From NCBI GenBank assembly GCA_002104905.1, contig MCFE01000060.1:124001-188000 (forward strand): a stretch of DNA of 64,000 nucleotides, given 5' to 3'. The notes below the pieces were generated by a model. That model did not search any database, had not been told where the DNA came from, and saw only the letters and a program-made list of their open reading frames with translations. The number at the start of each line of letters is the position of its first letter. Position 1 is the stretch's first letter. This DNA is from Basidiobolus meristosporus CBS 931.73 (taxonomy: Eukaryota > Fungi > Basidiobolomycota). Shown piece by piece: positions 61,700-64,000 of this stretch. Position numbers and translations under genes: made by a program.

Positions 61700-64000
61700 A
61701 GAACTCCGCGCGATCGTGACTTCCGAGATACTGACCATGCATGCATGAACCATGGCCACACCAATAGTCGGTGGAGATCTTCCCTCTTCACCATGGAATT
61801 GATGATTTCAAAGGCCACCACATAGCCCCTTGTTTGTGCTCCACGTTTCCCGTCATGCCATCGGTGCGCCTTTGCCAGCCAACCTCTTATCGAGATTCTG
61901 TGGTGCTTCCACGGCATTACAATTCCCCCATCCAGGAGGGAATGGTTCAGGGAAATGGTTCAGGGAATGGTTTACCCTTGGCCAAGATCGGACCGATAAG
62001 GGGAAATTGTAATGCTCGATATCTACTTGCATCTGGGGGTCGAAGGCACCTTCAAAGTCCCAGACAACATGCCTCGATAGCCACCTGGACGTCCATCACG
62101 ATTGCCAGCCAACAGGATAGAAAAGACGGGGCCATTCACAGGTGTGTGAAAGCCCTACTGCGCCGCTACCCATGGTGTACACCCGAGAATCGCCCCGATT
62201 TGGCGCAGGGCCTTCACCCCATCGACATGTTACTTCCCAGCCCGCACACCCGCTTTAACCAGATGTGTGCAGTTGTGGGATGTGGTGCGCGCAAGCCAAT
62301 GATCCGAGGGTGGGTATCGATCAAGGAAACATCTGGAAGAGAGGGACGCCAACGTGAAAGCCATTTGGTGGAGAAATCGTGAGAACAGCTGTCTGTCGAG
62401 CGGAGGATTGGACCGCCCAACACCTGGCTCGCTTCGCCCGGTCTCCTGCCTCACATGCGATAACATATCTGCCCAGTATCCATATGGGGCACGTAATATG
62501 TGCAAATCCAGCCGAAATACCATTTTGGGTGGTGAACGTTCGGCGAAAGGTGAGCAGTCACCGTTGCACCCTCCTCCTCCAATATTTCTTACAGCTCGGC
62601 TTGGAAGCCACGTTTCTCTTCGAGTACTCTCGCCTAGGTGACCCTATTCGCCTATCAAGTTGCCCTACTTCCCAAGACGCCGTCACTCGTGATCTCTTCG
62701 CAAGTAGATACAGGGAAGAGTTGCGGAAGCCGGTACCATCCTTCCCAGGCCTGGGTTGGGAGAAGAGGGGCTGGCTTGGCATGACCTGGCGAGTCTGCCA
62801 GCCATCTAATCGGATGCCGGTCACGGAAAGGACGACGTAAAGAACAGCCTTAGGAGCCCACGAGGAAGAACCAGGCGTGTGGGAAAGAGGGTGGCTTGCG
62901 AGGGCATTTGCCTGGCTTGGCGGCTGGACATAACCGAGGAGTCCAGGATGGTCACTCCATGTTTGGCAAGGTGGATTTATGAGGAAATAGAAAACATATG
63001 ATCATTCGAACCCGAGATGAAATTTGGTCACAACCTATCGAGTACTATGAGAACTAGGTCTAGCACAAGAGTGAGGGCGAGGGCGAGGTCGAAGGAATTT
63101 GGGAATGGGATAGGATGATTCGCAAACGGCCTGGCCAGAGATGATTGGCCCTTTAATCAAATGCCATCAGTTCATTTAATATCACGATCCGGATACATGT
63201 CAAATGGAAAACATGAAGAGATTCGAACGAATCAGCATGTTCCCTTTTTGACCCTAGGGCGAGGGAAACAAACTCACCCTCACTTCGAGTCAAATCACTC
63301 GGTGGAATATTCCCCCGTAACGGAGTGGCGAGGCCTGATGATCGAGGGGGATTTTTTCTCCTCTCCTAAGTACTCGGACTCGTACTCGCACCCGCACCCG
63401 CACCCCTACCAGTACTTGTGCCTATACCCATAATCACTGCACGCGCTACCATGGGGTTACTCTGGATACTCGTGGCCCTCTTCATCGCGGGCTCTTTCTA
63501 TTTCTTTAACGGCAAGGCTGCACCCTCCTCCAACGCCGCTACCGGGGACGTGAAGCAGCTGACGAAAAAGAAGAAGAAGAGCAAATCGAAGGCTTCCCAA
63601 GGAGAGGCTTCGGTGGGGGCGGTGGAGGTGAAGGGCCAAGCCCAACAATCTACCCCCGCCGTGCCCGAACCCACAGCGCAGAAGAAGGGGAAGAAGGCCA
63701 AACCCACCGTCGAAGCCAAAAAGACCAACGTGAAAGAAGCCCCGGTGGTGAAGCCCACCAAACCGGAACCCTCCACCGAGTCGAAGAAGAAGAAGAAGAA
63801 GGCAGCCCCGGCTCCTAGTGAGCCCTCAGAGAAGTCAACCCCCAAGGTCGAACAGCCAACCAAAACCCTCCCTGCCTCACATTCGCCGAAACAACCCTCC
63901 GACTCGAAGAAAAACAACCCCTTGGCTGCGGAAGGGGACCCCACCTCGACAAACCCCATCGCAGGGGCGGAAAGGAATAAAGAGGAGGCATGGTATAAAG
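61700..64000. other. CpG-rich, GC-richer unique (host) DNA outside the repeat block
   Basis: CG dinucleotides are rare before about 61450 and dense from 61707 (ccgcgcgatcg) onward. No similarity to TE families in this window. Confidence 0.9.
63451..64000 (+). CDS. Host gene, 5' part: N-terminal signal/anchor followed by Lys/Pro/Ser-rich low-complexity region; open to the window end and missing from the ORF track
   Basis: ATG at 63451 in good context (ctaccATGG) and 183 stop-free codons: MGLLWILVALFIAGSFYFFNGKAAPSSNAATGDVKQLTKKKKKSKSK...TESKKKKKKAAPAPSEP... Confidence 0.8.
   Translation, partial: MGLLWILVALFIAGSFYFFNGKAAPSSNAATGDVKQLTKKKKKSKSKASQGEASVGAVEVKGQAQQSTPAVPEPTAQKKGKKAKPTVEAKKTNVKEAPVVKPTKPEPSTESKKKKKKAAPAPSEPSEKSTPKVEQPTKTLPASHSPKQPSDSKKNNPLAAEGDPTSTNPIAGAERNKEEAWYK

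Noticed and set aside
1-61700. Classical Neurospora-type RIP (CpA to TpA)
   Set aside because: CpA and TpG remain abundant and paired LTR differences centre on CG. Some CAR-to-TAR stops occur in old copies but I cannot show an excess without computing indices.
62520-62630. BRCT-like peptide on the minus strand (AEL*EILEEEGATVTAHLSPNV)
   Set aside because: It is only a short resemblance, with an in-frame stop and no supportable downstream WxxxC in the same frame.
63498-63959. 153-aa minus-strand hydrophobic ORF
   Set aside because: It is the antisense shadow of the Lys/Pro-rich plus-strand gene (poly-Phe opposite poly-Lys).

Overview
Eukaryotic, probably fungal, heterochromatin-like DNA. About 61.5 kb of the 64 kb is a nest of transposable elements, with no bacterial features, rRNA, tRNA or CRISPR seen. 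I recognise two Ty3/Gypsy families. Family A is Ylt1-like, with ~1.1-1.25 kb LTRs and 4-bp TSDs: one near-intact copy at 1818-9085 plus two solo LTRs. Family B has ~370-bp LTRs and a tRNA-iMet PBS: four decayed copies. There are at least three Ty1/Copia families. Family C has 369-370-bp LTRs and a Ty5/copia-type half-tRNA PBS: one near-intact copy at 22883-27568, one internally deleted copy at 29637-32963, and older relics. Families F and G are older. Five decayed copies of a CACTA/CMC DNA transposon (family D) have CCCTATGAAAA termini and a second, divergently oriented gene. Target-site duplications reconstruct multi-layer nesting. Other features are a ~107-bp satellite with dimeric higher-order structure, a foreign zinc-finger-like fragment replacing the nucleocapsid knuckle of one Gypsy copy, and strong CpG-to-TpG/CpA decay across all repeats. 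That decay ends near 61.5-61.7 kb, where CpG-rich unique DNA begins and a host gene (N-terminal membrane anchor, Lys/Pro-rich) runs off the window end. All coordinates, alignments and divergence counts were done by eye and are approximate.
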